Source of the DNA: Alphaproteobacteria bacterium
Lineage (GTDB): Bacteria; Pseudomonadota; Alphaproteobacteria; UBA6615
Reading direction: 5' to 3'
Length of the DNA: 64,000 bases
NCBI GenBank assembly: GCA_965261975.1
Contig: CBDHEC010000024.1
Coordinates: 32,001-96,000, forward strand
The position numbers and the translations under genes were made by a program. The notes beneath the pieces are model-generated. The model had not been told where the DNA came from and ran no database searches. It was given only the letters and a program-made list of their open reading frames with translations. This document shows, piece by piece, positions 62,897-64,000 of this stretch; within the stretch, counting starts at the first letter, position 1; every line of letters begins with the position of its first letter.

Positions 62897-63943
62897 ATGC
62901 ACAATCCACATATCGTTTCAGCCCTTCTGACCCTGGCATTCTTCGCGCTGGCCACGCCCACCTCCGCCGACCCCGTGGACCTGACCGACTGGCCCGACCA
63001 CACGACGATCTCCGGCGCGCGCGGTGAGCTCGTCACCTATCCAAGCCACAGCCCGTTTACGCTCTGGGAAGTCGGCAAGAGCGAAATGCTCGACCCGCCG
63101 ACCGAGGCCCGCGCCGCGTTGTTCCTGCCGGACGGCGCAAGCGCCGAGGCCCCGGTTCCCGCCGTCGTGTTGTTGCATGGCGCGGCCGGCGTTCTGGGAG
63201 CGCGCGAGCTGACCTACGGCGCCCAGTTCGCCGAAATGGGCGTGGCCGCACTGGTGGTCGACGCCTTCGGCGCCAGGCGCGACCAGGCCTCCGGGTTTAT
63301 CGACCGCTTACTCAACATCACCGAGACCATGGCCCTGGCCGATGCCTATTCCGGGCTGCGGTTCCTGGACCGCCTGCCCGAGGTCGACGGGGACCGGGTC
63401 GCCCTGATGGGATTCTCCTATGGCGGGATATCGACCATGCTCGCCGCGTTTGCGCAAACGGCGGAGACGTTGAATCCCGATGGCAAGCGGTTCGCGGCCC
63501 ATGTCGCCTTCTACGGTCCCTGTATCGCGCGCTTCGACGACACCCGGGCAACCGGCGCGCCGGTGCTTCTTCTCGCAGGATCGGAGGACGGCATCGTCGA
63601 CCCCGAACGCTGCCGCGAGATCGTTGAAGATTTGCAGGAAGGCGGCGCCGACGCCGAATTCGTTCTGTATGACGGTGCCTATCATCAGTGGGACGGCAGC
63701 TTTCCCGGGCCGCGCACCATCGGGCGCAATCTCGCCGACTGCGATCTCAACGTGAATGCGAAAGGCGTCGTGCGCGACACCCTCACCCTGTTGCCGATGT
63801 CCGGACCGTTCCTGCGCAAGGTGATATTGGGCGTGTGCTCGGACTCGGACGGCTATCTGATCGGCCGGGACGACGCGATCCGAGATCGTTCGAACCGGGA
63901 CGTGGGCGCATTCCTGATGCGCACCTTCAACGGCAAGCGCTAG
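62897..63943 (+). CDS. Exported dienelactone hydrolase-like alpha/beta hydrolase
   Basis: Signal peptide, PAVVLLHG, GFSYGG, AFYG.C, G.ED, Y.GAYH.WD. Confidence 0.85.
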   Translation: MHNPHIVSALLTLAFFALATPTSADPVDLTDWPDHTTISGARGELVTYPSHSPFTLWEVGKSEMLDPPTEARAALFLPDGASAEAPVPAVVLLHGAAGVLGARELTYGAQFAEMGVAALVVDAFGARRDQASGFIDRLLNITETMALADAYSGLRFLDRLPEVDGDRVALMGFSYGGISTMLAAFAQTAETLNPDGKRFAAHVAFYGPCIARFDDTRATGAPVLLLAGSEDGIVDPERCREIVEDLQEGGADAEFVLYDGAYHQWDGSFPGPRTIGRNLADCDLNVNAKGVVRDTLTLLPMSGPFLRKVILGVCSDSDGYLIGRDDAIRDRSNRDVGAFLMRTFNGKR

Positions 63944-64000
63944 GCCCGCAGCTCCAGTACTTCAGCGGCTCGGCCCAGCCCGTCGGCACCTTCACGCGGA
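63927..64000 (-). CDS. Possible C-terminal end of a gene entering from the right edge
   Basis: The minus frame RVKVPTGWAEPLKYWSCGPSACR* has strongly GC-ending codons; an alternative frame stops at 63940. Too short to identify. Confidence 0.3.
   Translation of the reverse strand, partial: RVKVPTGWAEPLKYWSCGPSACR

Overview
GC-rich, densely coding chromosomal segment that looks alphaproteobacterial (class I LysRS, usg next to groESL, CIRCE boxes; probably Rhodospirillales-like). No rRNA, tRNA, CRISPR array, transposase or integrase was seen. The left half is mostly housekeeping and stress genes: truncated lysS, DinG-family helicase, TerB, groES/groEL with two CIRCE-like operators, a Liv-type ABC transporter, FNR-korAB, ctaA, a photolyase-PdeM-Lhr-HIT repair cluster split by a foreign-looking secreted-protein gene, and a COG0523/hisI/pyrC group with metal-ligand substitutions. 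The right half is a CoA-dependent aromatic and carboxylate catabolism region: boxC-boxB-benzoate-CoA ligase without boxA, boxD or boxR; an aromatic-acid ABC transporter; an abm-like RidA/SDR/MarR module with a standalone old-yellow-enzyme reductase instead of AbmA; two FadB-like enzymes; a split ACAD10/11 (LvaA/LvaC-like) kinase plus acyl-CoA dehydrogenase; three amide/amidine hydrolases; an orphan muconolactone isomerase; tandem Cys-containing GSTs; and a secreted dienelactone-hydrolase-like protein. The best novelty candidates are the apparently hybrid, BoxA-less Box/abm pathway, the tandem GST pair, the zinc-sparing triad, and a perfect in-frame 87-bp duplication in a membrane-protein gene. 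All product calls rest on motif recognition by eye; no database searches were run.
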